Virus record (IMG/VR): IMGVR_UViG_3300042731_004843
Span: 44,146-108,145 of that record
Direction: 5' to 3' (one strand)
Origin: a virus
Length of the DNA stretch: 64,000 nt
In this document: piece after piece, positions 38,232-46,999 of the stretch
Position numbering within the stretch: the stretch's first letter is position 1
Layout: the number at the start of each line of letters is the position of its first letter
The notes under the pieces: generated by a model
The model's database searches: none
The model's input: the letters and a program-made list of their open reading frames with translations, nothing else
Told to the model about the DNA's origin: nothing
Made by a program: the position numbers and the translations under genes

Positions 38232-39353
38232 ATGAGCGTTCCCGCAAGAGTACTGAATGACCTCTTTTCCCAGAAGCTGGGCACCAGCGAGGGGAAGGAA
38301 AAGATCGCGGAATACGCAGGCACCTACATTCGTGACCGGCTGCGTGAAGTCAGCTTTGCGCGCAAGATTCTGCCCCCGCAGATGGTCACCCGTGCGGACT
38401 GCCAGCGTTCCGTCAACCACGACACCCTGGTGAAGATCATCGACGTCGAGCCCAAGAGCCGCGCGATGGCCATCACCTTCCGCGGTCAGCCGACCGCACG
38501 GTTCATCCGCGCTCCCAGGGCGGAGGTTCCGTTCTTCACCGTCTCGAGCGAGAAGTTCGAGAAGACCGAGCAGGAGCTCCTGGCCTACGAGATGCCGATC
38601 ACCAAGGTGATCGAGGACAACTCGGTCAAGGACATCCAGGAGATCGAGGACCGTGAGTTCACGATCCACATCGAGGCGGCTGTCCAGGCCCTCCAGGCGG
38701 AGGCCAATGGCGGCGTCACGACCACCCTGAATGCCACGTCGGTTCAGGCCGGTACCGTGGTGGAGTTCTCGGTGCGCAAGGGTGAGCTGGCCCGCAACGC
38801 CACCACCGATGACGGCACCGTCTATCCGGTACAGAGGCCGGACTTCGTCAACCTCTTCAAGCTGTTGGACGGCAACAGGCTGCGCGCGGAGATGGTTCTC
38901 ATCACCGAGGTGGACTGGGACGACATCCTACAGTGGACCGTTGAGGATTTCGGTGACCGCGTCCAGTCCGAGACGACGGTGGACGGCTACAAGTACAACC
39001 TGCTTTTGGGCCGGGCGTACTGCCGCACCATCAAGACGGACATCCTTCGTCCAGGCAACATCTACTGCTTCACCAAGCCGGACTTCTTTGGCCGGTTCTT
39101 CATCCTGAACAACACCAAGTTCTACATCGACAAGATCGCGAACCTGATCACGTGGCAGTCCTGGGAGGACATCGCCATGTCGGTCATCAACATCGCGTCG
39201 GTGCGGAAGGTGGAGCTGTACTCGGGTGACGCGACATCCAACGACGCCGATGGTATCCTCTCTTCGGTCATCCCCGTGGACGAGGAAGATCTAGGCGCTG
39301 AGAACAACCGAGTCGATTCCGGCCTGGTGTTCCCGGGTGTCGAGGTCTTCTAG
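38232..39353 (+). CDS. major capsid protein
   Basis: IRDRLRE.SF.RKIL, DIQEIEDRE, PDFFG motifs; strong codon bias; followed by terminator. Confidence 0.8.
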   Translation: MSVPARVLNDLFSQKLGTSEGKEKIAEYAGTYIRDRLREVSFARKILPPQMVTRADCQRSVNHDTLVKIIDVEPKSRAMAITFRGQPTARFIRAPRAEVPFFTVSSEKFEKTEQELLAYEMPITKVIEDNSVKDIQEIEDREFTIHIEAAVQALQAEANGGVTTTLNATSVQAGTVVEFSVRKGELARNATTDDGTVYPVQRPDFVNLFKLLDGNRLRAEMVLITEVDWDDILQWTVEDFGDRVQSETTVDGYKYNLLLGRAYCRTIKTDILRPGNIYCFTKPDFFGRFFILNNTKFYIDKIANLITWQSWEDIAMSVINIASVRKVELYSGDATSNDADGILSSVIPVDEEDLGAENNRVDSGLVFPGVEVF

Positions 39354-39398
39354 TCCTCTGGCTTAGTCCTAACGGACTGCCGTGGGCAAGACCACATG

Positions 39399-39433
39399 GG
39401 CGCCGGCGTCGCTATGGCGCCGGCGCCTTTTTT
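39399..39433 (+). terminator. Rho-independent terminator after MCP
   Basis: ggcgccggcgtc-gctat-ggcgccggcgcc followed by T6. Confidence 0.85.
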
Positions 39434-39446
39434 CTAGGAGGAGACA

Positions 39447-40094
39447 ATGGCCGAAGTAGCCAAGAAAGACACCAAGCCAGCCTTCCAGGTAGTGAATACT
39501 GTCCGCCGGGTAGGTACTAGGTTGCACCGCGCTCTGTCCCCACGGCGCCAGCGGTGGCAGCTCTGGGTTGCCGGCCAACGGCTTCTCCGGAACAAGAGGC
39601 TGCCGTTGACGGAAGAGCAGTTCCTCAAAGAGAGGGACCATCTCCATAAGCTGGTACTGAGCGGCAAGGCGGCCGTGATCACCCCGGACAACGTCAAGGT
39701 CACTACCACGCCGGATGGGCGCTACGTGCTGACCAAGATGGGGACAGGGGCTACCAAGCTACTGGAGCAAGGGGAAGTCCCTGCATGCTTTGGCGAGAAG
39801 AAGGTAGCGAAGCCTCAGCCAAAGCCGGCACCCGCTCCAGAGACCCCAGCGGAGGAATGGCCCAAAGAAGAGCTGCCCAAAGCAGAGCCGGAGGAAGCCT
39901 CTGACCCCAAGAGCCAGGACCTGACGGCGTTGCCAGGTATTGGTGGTGGTCGGGCAAAGAAGCTGGAAGGCGTCGGGGTCACCGCCTACTCTCATGTAGT
40001 AGAATGTGGTGTCGCCGGCATGATGGAGATCCTCGGCATCACGAAGGACGTGGCTGAAGAGATCGTGGCGGCGGCCACCAAGCTGGACAGCTAG
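39447..40094 (+). CDS. protein with C-terminal helix-hairpin-helix DNA-binding domain
   Basis: DLTALPGIGGGRAKKLEGVGV...GI. Confidence 0.75.
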   Translation: MAEVAKKDTKPAFQVVNTVRRVGTRLHRALSPRRQRWQLWVAGQRLLRNKRLPLTEEQFLKERDHLHKLVLSGKAAVITPDNVKVTTTPDGRYVLTKMGTGATKLLEQGEVPACFGEKKVAKPQPKPAPAPETPAEEWPKEELPKAEPEEASDPKSQDLTALPGIGGGRAKKLEGVGVTAYSHVVECGVAGMMEILGITKDVAEEIVAAATKLDS

Positions 40095-40103
40095 GAGACG
40101 ACC

Positions 40104-40406
40104 ATGGCCAAAGTCAAGTACACCGAAAAGGGCGGTTCCGGAGTCAGCGTGATGCGCTGGCGCGTGCTGCCAAACGGTAAGATCTTGGACCCACGCGGCA
40201 ACGTGCGGGCGCAGCTGCCTGACGATGTGGCGTACAGCCGCGCAGCCAAGCGGCTGGCCGATAGGGGCGCCCTGTCCATCGAGGGGTACACGCCAGCCAA
40301 AAAGACTAGCCCGGTACCAGCTCCGAAGAAGGACCCAACCAACAAACAGGTGGGCCCAGAACCGGAAAGTCCGGAGAAGAAGGACAAAAAGAAGTCGGGC
40401 AAGTAG
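40104..40406 (+). CDS. basic hypothetical protein
   Basis: AGGAG SD. Confidence 0.7.
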   Translation: MAKVKYTEKGGSGVSVMRWRVLPNGKILDPRGNVRAQLPDDVAYSRAAKRLADRGALSIEGYTPAKKTSPVPAPKKDPTNKQVGPEPESPEKKDKKKSGK

Positions 40407-40421
40407 TCCGCTGAGGCGCTC

Positions 40422-40937
40422 ATGGCACCCGAGCTACAAGGCCTGGAGGGTATCCCCGGGGTGAGCGACGTCTTCAGCTCGTTCATCCAGACCGTCCGGT
40501 TATTCACTAGGGACCATCCCCAGTTGAACCGGCTGGTAAAGGGGGAGGAATCGTCCGACCGTATGGTCGCGTGGGCGATTCAGGACTTTCTGAGTGACTT
40601 CGCCGGTACCCCTCCCCCGCTGGGCTACATGACTCTGGAGCAGCTGTTCGATCAGCACCTTCAGGCCTTCGCCCTTCGAGGGACCACGGTAGCCTTGCTA
40701 CAGTCCGTCGGCATTCTACAGACCCGCAACCACCTGCAATTCTCTGATGGCGGCATCAGTGTGGGGGTATCCGATAAAGCGCCCATGCTGATGCAGTGGA
40801 TCCGCGACTTCCAGAATAAATACGAGCAGCAGAAACTGCAGATCAAAGTGTCCATGAACATCCAGCAGCTTCTGGGAGGACACAGCGGAAGTCACAGCGA
40901 ATATTTTTTTACCAACGGGTGGTATGGGGTTTATTGA
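40422..40937 (+). CDS. putative head-tail adaptor/neck protein
   Basis: Size, position after MCP, helical with DGGISV motif. Confidence 0.6.
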   Translation: MAPELQGLEGIPGVSDVFSSFIQTVRLFTRDHPQLNRLVKGEESSDRMVAWAIQDFLSDFAGTPPPLGYMTLEQLFDQHLQAFALRGTTVALLQSVGILQTRNHLQFSDGGISVGVSDKAPMLMQWIRDFQNKYEQQKLQIKVSMNIQQLLGGHSGSHSEYFFTNGWYGVY

Positions 40938-41006
40938 ACAATGGTAAGTACGATAATGGTTGCTATCCTTGCTGTGCAGTCGTACGCTACTTCTATGGAG
41001 GTAGCT

Positions 41007-41774
41007 ATGGCAAAAGTACGCTTGGATCATGGGCTGATCGTACGTCTTTACCAAGAGGGTAAGTCTGCTGCTGAAGTGGCAGTGGCGGCAGGTTGCTCGA
41101 AACCTGGGGTGCTTCATGTGTTACGTCTACACGAAGTGCCACTTCGTGTAGGGGCTAAAAGATCAGATACGGAGAGGCGTCTAGGGTTTCAGCCGACGAA
41201 GACGTGGGTACTCTCTCTGCTACAAGAAGCGGATAGCGCAAAGCAGGCAGCAGAAAAAGCCAACGTCCCGTACTCTACATTTATCGACTGGATGGACAAA
41301 TTGGACGTCTCTCGGGCCCCCTGGCGCGGTGGGCCCAGAAGCGGCAATGCGCGCAGACAAGAGATCCCCATCGAGGAGGCGATTGCACTTTCCAATGAAG
41401 GCACGCCGTATGCGGAGCTCGCTGCTCGCTACGGCGTTTCCTACGGAGTTGTCTGCCGCCGGATGAAGGATGCCGGCCACGTGTCACCCAAAAACAAGCA
41501 GACCAAGCACTCCCAGTTCCGCCACGTACAGGTGCAGAAGCGTCGGGTTCTGAACGAGTTAGGCATTACTACCTGTCAGATTTGTGGCGAGAGCAGGTCC
41601 CTGGACTATTCTCACATCGTGGCTGATAGGGACGGCGGGCCTATCGCCGCCGACAATTGTCTTGTTTTGTGTCCTTCGCACCATCGATTTTTCGATAGCG
41701 ATTCCCTGACGTCGGCCGAATGGCGTAAGATTTCTCGCAAGGTATTGGCGGCAAGGAAGAAGTACGCCGTTTAG
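41007..41774 (+). mobile_element. free-standing HNH homing endonuclease with N-terminal HTH repeats
   Basis: CQICGE.....SHI....GG....N...LCPSHH; start re-called at ATG 41007 (GGAGG); more AT-rich than flanks. Confidence 0.8.
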
Positions 41775-41783
41775 GAGGACGAG

Positions 41784-42248
41784 ATGGCCTATACAGGCAG
41801 AACGTTCGACAACATCGAAGAGCTGACGGACTACCTAAACGGCATCGTCCTCGGCAAATCTTTTTTGGCCAGCTCCAAGGTGTATGGCCTAAATGCGCTA
41901 ACCCTGATCATCAATGATGGTGGGGTAGATCGCACAGTCACGTTTTCCGATCCCAGTGAGCAGGGGCTGTCCCCAAAAGAGATCTTGGATCAGATCTACG
42001 CTACGCACGCCAACCTCGGGTCCCCGAATGTGGGCTTTCGTAGCTACGGCCATGCATCGCCTCCCAAAGTGTCTCTGGCTGTCTTCACCGCTAGCTATAC
42101 TGTGGACAAAGACGGTACGGCCAACACTATTCTGGGATTCTCCACCACGGTCGACACAGTGGTAGGAGCAAGTGCCGTGGTACAAGCTGATATCGTTTCC
42201 ATCACCAGGTCTGATGAGGGGAACAAGTTCTATCTGGTGCACGCGTAG
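41784..42248 (+). CDS. putative structural protein sharing a repeat with tail sheath
   Basis: TVTFSDP...GLS and DGTANTILGF match sheath FTFSDP...GLS and DGTANSILGF. Confidence 0.7.
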   Translation: MAYTGRTFDNIEELTDYLNGIVLGKSFLASSKVYGLNALTLIINDGGVDRTVTFSDPSEQGLSPKEILDQIYATHANLGSPNVGFRSYGHASPPKVSLAVFTASYTVDKDGTANTILGFSTTVDTVVGASAVVQADIVSITRSDEGNKFYLVHA

Positions 42249-42258
42249 GAGGGTCACG

Positions 42259-43587
42259 ATGAGTGATAGAGCGCTGTATGACGTCCTCACGGAAGGCACT
42301 CCCACGGAGATACCATGGGACAGGGCGGCCGCGCACTTCGTCAAGCTGAAGATCGCCTCTGGCGGACTCCTACCGGAAGACATCGATGAGCTGGAGGAGA
42401 TCACCAAGAAGGCCAAGGCGGAGGAGAAAGCCGCACCCCCATCCCCGACCGTGTCCGTCTCCAAAGATGACCTGGATAAGGCTGTCCAAAAGGGCATTCT
42501 GTCCGGCACCCGCAGTGCTGTGAGCGGAGATATCTCCCGTGCAGCACTAGTAGGCCGTAAGCGTGGGGAACGTGTGGGTAAGAATGTCGGTACCGCAGCA
42601 GGTATCGTGGGCGGCGGCCTTCTTGGGAGACGGCTTTTTAGGGGCGGCCCAACTGGTACCCTCGGTGGAGCAGCCCTAGGGGCTCTGCTAGGGCACGGCA
42701 CAGGTAAGGCTGTCGGGGAAGAAGTAGACCGAGCCAAGATCAGGGCTCGAGCTAAAGGCGCAGCCATCGAGAAGACCTCGGACTTCGACTCCGAAAAAAC
42801 GGGGCAGGACAAGGTCATTGAACTCTTGATGGCGAAGAAGGCCGAGATCTCCAAGCAGGCCCAGGATGAACCGCAATCCGGCCCACAGGACAACGAGGGC
42901 ATCCCGGTAGAGGCACCGGTGGAACCGACCACAGAACCCATGCAGTCCCCCGATGTCCTCGAGGCATTTCTAGTGGCGCAGCAAAAGGCCAATGAAACTG
43001 AGTTCTTCAAGCAAAAGGCCGAGGAAGCTCAGATGGTGGCAGAGCAAGCCACCGAAGCAGCCGAACAGGCCCAAGCTACCGCCGAGCAGGCTCAACAAGC
43101 CGCTGACATGCAGGCTCAAGAAGGTGCCATGCGTGAAGAGGCCAACGCCCAGCAGATGGCCACGACACAACAGCAGGCCCAAATGGCCTCCCAAGATGCC
43201 GTAACGGCCCGTAATGAGTCGCTTATGGCCCAGCAGCAGAACATCCAGATGAGGCAGGCTGTAACGGACTTCCGCCAAGCCCTGATGAACCTCATCTCGC
43301 AAGATCCCACGCAGATGGTCCCGCCCCCGATAGCTCCGACCGGGCCAATACCTGGGGCAGAGCAAGCCGCAGCAGGACCACCCGCAGAAGCAGGCCCACC
43401 AGGTACTCCGGCAGAAGGCGGACAGCCGGGAGAGATGCCTCCAGGGCCACCAGAAGCCGCAGGACCGGCCGCACCACCTGACCTGGGCGGACAACCGCCG
43501 GCAGGACCACAAGGCCCTCCAGGGCCACCTCCGGGCCCTCCAGGAGCACCACCAGCTGGACCACCGGCAGGACTACCCCAGGGATAG
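42259..43587 (+). CDS. glycine-zipper / Q-rich coiled-coil / Pro-rich putative virion protein
   Basis: Start ATG 42259 (AGGAGG); KIAS, EKTS, KQAQ sites. Confidence 0.72.
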   Translation: MSDRALYDVLTEGTPTEIPWDRAAAHFVKLKIASGGLLPEDIDELEEITKKAKAEEKAAPPSPTVSVSKDDLDKAVQKGILSGTRSAVSGDISRAALVGRKRGERVGKNVGTAAGIVGGGLLGRRLFRGGPTGTLGGAALGALLGHGTGKAVGEEVDRAKIRARAKGAAIEKTSDFDSEKTGQDKVIELLMAKKAEISKQAQDEPQSGPQDNEGIPVEAPVEPTTEPMQSPDVLEAFLVAQQKANETEFFKQKAEEAQMVAEQATEAAEQAQATAEQAQQAADMQAQEGAMREEANAQQMATTQQQAQMASQDAVTARNESLMAQQQNIQMRQAVTDFRQALMNLISQDPTQMVPPPIAPTGPIPGAEQAAAGPPAEAGPPGTPAEGGQPGEMPPGPPEAAGPAAPPDLGGQPPAGPQGPPGPPPGPPGAPPAGPPAGLPQG

Positions 43588-43596
43588 GAGAAGACG

Positions 43597-44715
43597 ATGG
43601 ACACCTTCTTGACCGAACTGTACGAGGAAGCACAAGAGAAGAGGGCCTCTGCTGAGCTCCAAGACTTCATGAAGTCTATGGATCGTGATGACTTGGAGGC
43701 TTTCTTGGGGCTGGACAAGCAGGCCGTGGCCGGACCTGCCGAGGGCGAGATGCCCGCCAACTGGCAGGGCAAAGAGCTGGACGCCTCCCAAAAGGCCAAG
43801 GACGACTACCTGGCTCAGGAGCACCAGGGCACGCCCAAGTCGGTAGAGAAGACCGACAAGTGGGCCCAGACCTGCAACAGCCAGGAAGGCACATCCAAGG
43901 TCAAGTCGGACAAAGAGGATGAGCCGAAGACCAAGGCCGCGGAAGCCAAGTTCCAGGCAGCCGATGCCATCGGCAGGATGTTCGCCAAGCAGGCGTCTTT
44001 GGGCTCTTACTTGGGGGCCAAACGTTCCGACAAGAAGCGTGAAAAAGAGAAGAAGTCCCAGGGTCTGGGCTCTGACATGGCAGCCATGGACTCCGGGCTG
44101 GAGAACACGGCCGAGGCCAAGATCGCCAGGATCTTTGGCGCGGGCGAGCCCTCAGAGACTATGTACAGCGACAGGGTTCCTTACGACGTGCGTGAGCGCG
44201 CGTTCAAGGGCTACCTGCAGCAGAAAAGCCAAGAGGCACCGACCGGCCTAGCCAGAGCCTTAGGTGGCGGGGCCGCGGTAGGCGGGGGTCTGGGAGCCCT
44301 CTTGGGTGCCGGTACTGGTGGGGGCAAGGGCGCGCTGATCGGTAGTGGAATCGGGGCTGGGCTAGGCGCTCTAGGTGGCGCCGGCATGCGCGCCGCCGAC
44401 AAGTCAGAGATCGCCCGCACCAAACAGGAACTGGCTAGCGGGGACCTTCCACTGGCTATGGCCCATAGGATCGGGGACTACGAAAGCAGTAGAAATTTTG
44501 CCGAGGAGATGAGGCGCCAGCAGGCGGACTCCAAGACAGATCGCCGGCACAGAGAGCACATGGACGTCCTTAGAGGGCGGGGCAGCACCAAGAAAGCGGA
44601 AGCCAAAGCCAAGATCGCCCAGATGGCCATGAAAGTCTCCGAGGGCGCTCCTGAACACGTCAAGGCTGCTGCTGTCTTCATGGCCGGTCGTAAGATGGCT
44701 GAGCTCTCCAAGTAG
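43597..44715 (+). CDS. glycine-zipper putative virion protein
   Basis: GGGLGALLGAG...GALIGSGIGAGLGALGG; EKRAS, KQAV, KTKAA, KQAS. Confidence 0.72.
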   Translation: MDTFLTELYEEAQEKRASAELQDFMKSMDRDDLEAFLGLDKQAVAGPAEGEMPANWQGKELDASQKAKDDYLAQEHQGTPKSVEKTDKWAQTCNSQEGTSKVKSDKEDEPKTKAAEAKFQAADAIGRMFAKQASLGSYLGAKRSDKKREKEKKSQGLGSDMAAMDSGLENTAEAKIARIFGAGEPSETMYSDRVPYDVRERAFKGYLQQKSQEAPTGLARALGGGAAVGGGLGALLGAGTGGGKGALIGSGIGAGLGALGGAGMRAADKSEIARTKQELASGDLPLAMAHRIGDYESSRNFAEEMRRQQADSKTDRRHREHMDVLRGRGSTKKAEAKAKIAQMAMKVSEGAPEHVKAAAVFMAGRKMAELSK

Positions 44716-44720
44716 CAGCC

Positions 44721-44900
44721 ATGAACCCGCAGACCCTACAAGGGATGGCCGATGAGCTCGAGAAGATCGCCACCGGGGGTCAGTTCAAGTTCATGGGCAT
44801 GGCCGACGATGAGAAGAGGCGCACCTTGGCCATGAGCAAAAACCTCAACCAGAGCCTCGGCAAGGTACTCACCCACGAGTACAAGGACGACAAGAGGTAG
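44721..44900 (+). CDS. 59-aa protein with ADELEKIA leader
   Basis: Not in ORF track; MNPQTLQGMADELEKIATGGQFKFMG...; fills the gap between neighbouring genes. Confidence 0.7.
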   Translation: MNPQTLQGMADELEKIATGGQFKFMGMADDEKRRTLAMSKNLNQSLGKVLTHEYKDDKR

Positions 44901-45812
44901 ATGGCCAACCTCGTAGTCACTAAGCCCCTGGTCCGGGGGTTCTCCCTGGACTTCCTGGAAGTCACCTGGGAGATAGAGGACACCTCTCTTGATCCCCACG
45001 ACTTCCAGTTCCAGCTCTTCCGGAGTGAGTCTCCGATGGGGCCATGGGATCAGATCGCCGGGCCCTTTGAGGATAGATACCGCTTCGTGGACAATCAGGT
45101 GAATCTGCTCCACAGGTGGCGGCAGATTTACTACAAAGTCCGGAGCACGGAGAAGGCCAATGCGGACAACTACGTGGATAGTGAGGCCTTCACCTTCCAC
45201 GCAGAACCAGACCTGATCGCGGAGGAGATCCAAAGGCTCGAGCGCATAGTGTGGGAGGAATACGCCGGCAGGCGGTGCTTCATCTTCCCGGCACGCACCT
45301 TTGGTCAGCGGTGCGGCAACTGCTACGACGGCCCGGAGAAGGGCAAGGGGTTCACTTCCCAGCGCCGTAGGTCTAACTGCCTGACATGCTACGACACCGG
45401 GTATGCGCGCGGATACCTAGATCCCATTGAGATCTTCGTCCAGATAGACCCCTCTTCCAAATCTGTCCAGACCGTACCTGTGGCAGAGCGGCAGCAAGTG
45501 GACACGACAGCACGTTTGCCTAACTTCCCACTGCTAAAACCCAGGGATATAATCGTCGAGACTGAAAACAGGAGGTGGCGGGTAGTCAAGGTGACTTCTA
45601 CGGAACGGCTCAGGAGCGTCGTCCACCAGGAACTCCAATTGCACGAGCTGGTGGCGGGCGACATCGAGTTCCAGCTTCCCATCAGACTAGAAGATTTGAG
45701 AGACTTTGAGCCGAGCCCTGGTAGGAACTTTACGAACCCCCATAACCTGGAGGGCTTCGAAGCAGAGGCGATCAAACATGCTTTCGCAGTCTACGGGTAC
45801 GGGAATGATTGA
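44901..45812 (+). CDS. putative neck/head-closure protein with Zn motif
   Basis: FN3-like N-terminus, RC..C...C..CYDTGY..GY, P.LKPRDII.E....RW.V. Confidence 0.6.
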   Translation: MANLVVTKPLVRGFSLDFLEVTWEIEDTSLDPHDFQFQLFRSESPMGPWDQIAGPFEDRYRFVDNQVNLLHRWRQIYYKVRSTEKANADNYVDSEAFTFHAEPDLIAEEIQRLERIVWEEYAGRRCFIFPARTFGQRCGNCYDGPEKGKGFTSQRRRSNCLTCYDTGYARGYLDPIEIFVQIDPSSKSVQTVPVAERQQVDTTARLPNFPLLKPRDIIVETENRRWRVVKVTSTERLRSVVHQELQLHELVAGDIEFQLPIRLEDLRDFEPSPGRNFTNPHNLEGFEAEAIKHAFAVYGYGND

Positions 45813-46170
45813 TTACTCCGCCTTCCACGGTGAGATCGAGAAGATCGCCGCGGACAACGACAAAGGCAGAATCACGAAGGAAAAGCTCAAGAGATTTGCA
45901 ATCGCAGCTCCGGTAGCAGCCGGTGGTGCAGCCCTGGGACACGGCGTTGGCCAGCTAGTAAGGCGTAATGTCCTATCTCCGCGCACCTTGCAGGCCCTGG
46001 ACGCTGCCGCAAAGCGGAAGCCCTTGGTGGCCAAAGCAGTAGGCGCTCTCCCGGCTGTGGCCGGTGGGTTGGCTGCTGGTGCCGGGATGATGCAGGCGAT
46101 GAAGGCGCGGCAGATGCGGGACTTCATCGAGGGAAAGAAGGAAGATGGCGGACGTACCGACACCCAGTAG
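45805..46170 (+). CDS. small amphipathic protein with AFHGEIEKIA leader
   Basis: Start re-called at ATG 45805; two hydrophobic Gly/Ala segments. Confidence 0.72.
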   Translation: MIDYSAFHGEIEKIAADNDKGRITKEKLKRFAIAAPVAAGGAALGHGVGQLVRRNVLSPRTLQALDAAAKRKPLVAKAVGALPAVAGGLAAGAGMMQAMKARQMRDFIEGKKEDGGRTDTQ

Positions 46171-46984
46171 CACGGTTCACACCGCTGGTCCCCTAGAAGA
46201 GGGCTGGCTGAATGACCCGTTGAACTACATGGTCAAGGCGTTCATTGCCTTCCTTCAGACCATCTTCGAGACGGCTCCGGCAGGACACTTCCACTGGCGT
46301 CCGGAGCTCGAGGAGACGGAGATCGTGATCACTGAGGAGAATCCAGTGAAGACCGACTCCATCGAACAGAAGCCGGTGATCTCTGTGATCCTGGGGCCAA
46401 CGCGGTTCAACGGCTCTTCGTTGGACGACTTGGTACACGTCAGCATCACAGACGCCAAAGAGATCCACACGGACCTTATCCCCGGAACCATGTCCCTCAA
46501 CTGTGTGTCCCGGGTACCCCAGGAGTGCCGGTTCATCGCATGGATCTGCGCCCGAACCATCTGGAATCTGAGGAAATTGTTCATTCGCGAGCCCTTCATC
46601 CACGACGTAGGCCGCAACATCAGTGTGGGCCCAGTGACGCCGGCCGGTGCATTGGTGGCGGGCGACACCGAGGGGGAGTGGCACTCAGTTTCCGTGTCTT
46701 GCCCGTTCTTCTTGCAGTGGACGGATAGAGTCACGCCCCTGCAGCACGATTGGAGCGGTCGGCCCATCCACCTGTTAAAGCAGGTGGCAATGAAGTTCAC
46801 AACGCGTCTGAATGAGGCGCAGCCAAACCTTACGCACACCCAAAACACTGGGCTGCAGCAGTGGGGAGATCAAGTAACTCAACCCAAGAGTCTGCGGCCG
46901 CCCAGTATGCGTGGAAGACGTATCCAAACAGAGCCTCACCCGAGTTCTCAGTCGAGCTCGCTTGAGGTAAAGACCAAGGTCTAG
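46145..46984 (+). CDS. putative tail terminator/completion protein
   Basis: Immediately upstream of sheath. Confidence 0.55.
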   Translation: MADVPTPSSTVHTAGPLEEGWLNDPLNYMVKAFIAFLQTIFETAPAGHFHWRPELEETEIVITEENPVKTDSIEQKPVISVILGPTRFNGSSLDDLVHVSITDAKEIHTDLIPGTMSLNCVSRVPQECRFIAWICARTIWNLRKLFIREPFIHDVGRNISVGPVTPAGALVAGDTEGEWHSVSVSCPFFLQWTDRVTPLQHDWSGRPIHLLKQVAMKFTTRLNEAQPNLTHTQNTGLQQWGDQVTQPKSLRPPSMRGRRIQTEPHPSSQSSSLEVKTKV

Positions 46985-46999
46985 TGAAGGAGGCCCGCA

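Noticed and set aside
43320-43580. Tandem repeat/CRISPR-like array in the Pro-Gly-rich region
   Set aside because: Degenerate coding low complexity, no fixed repeat-spacer structure
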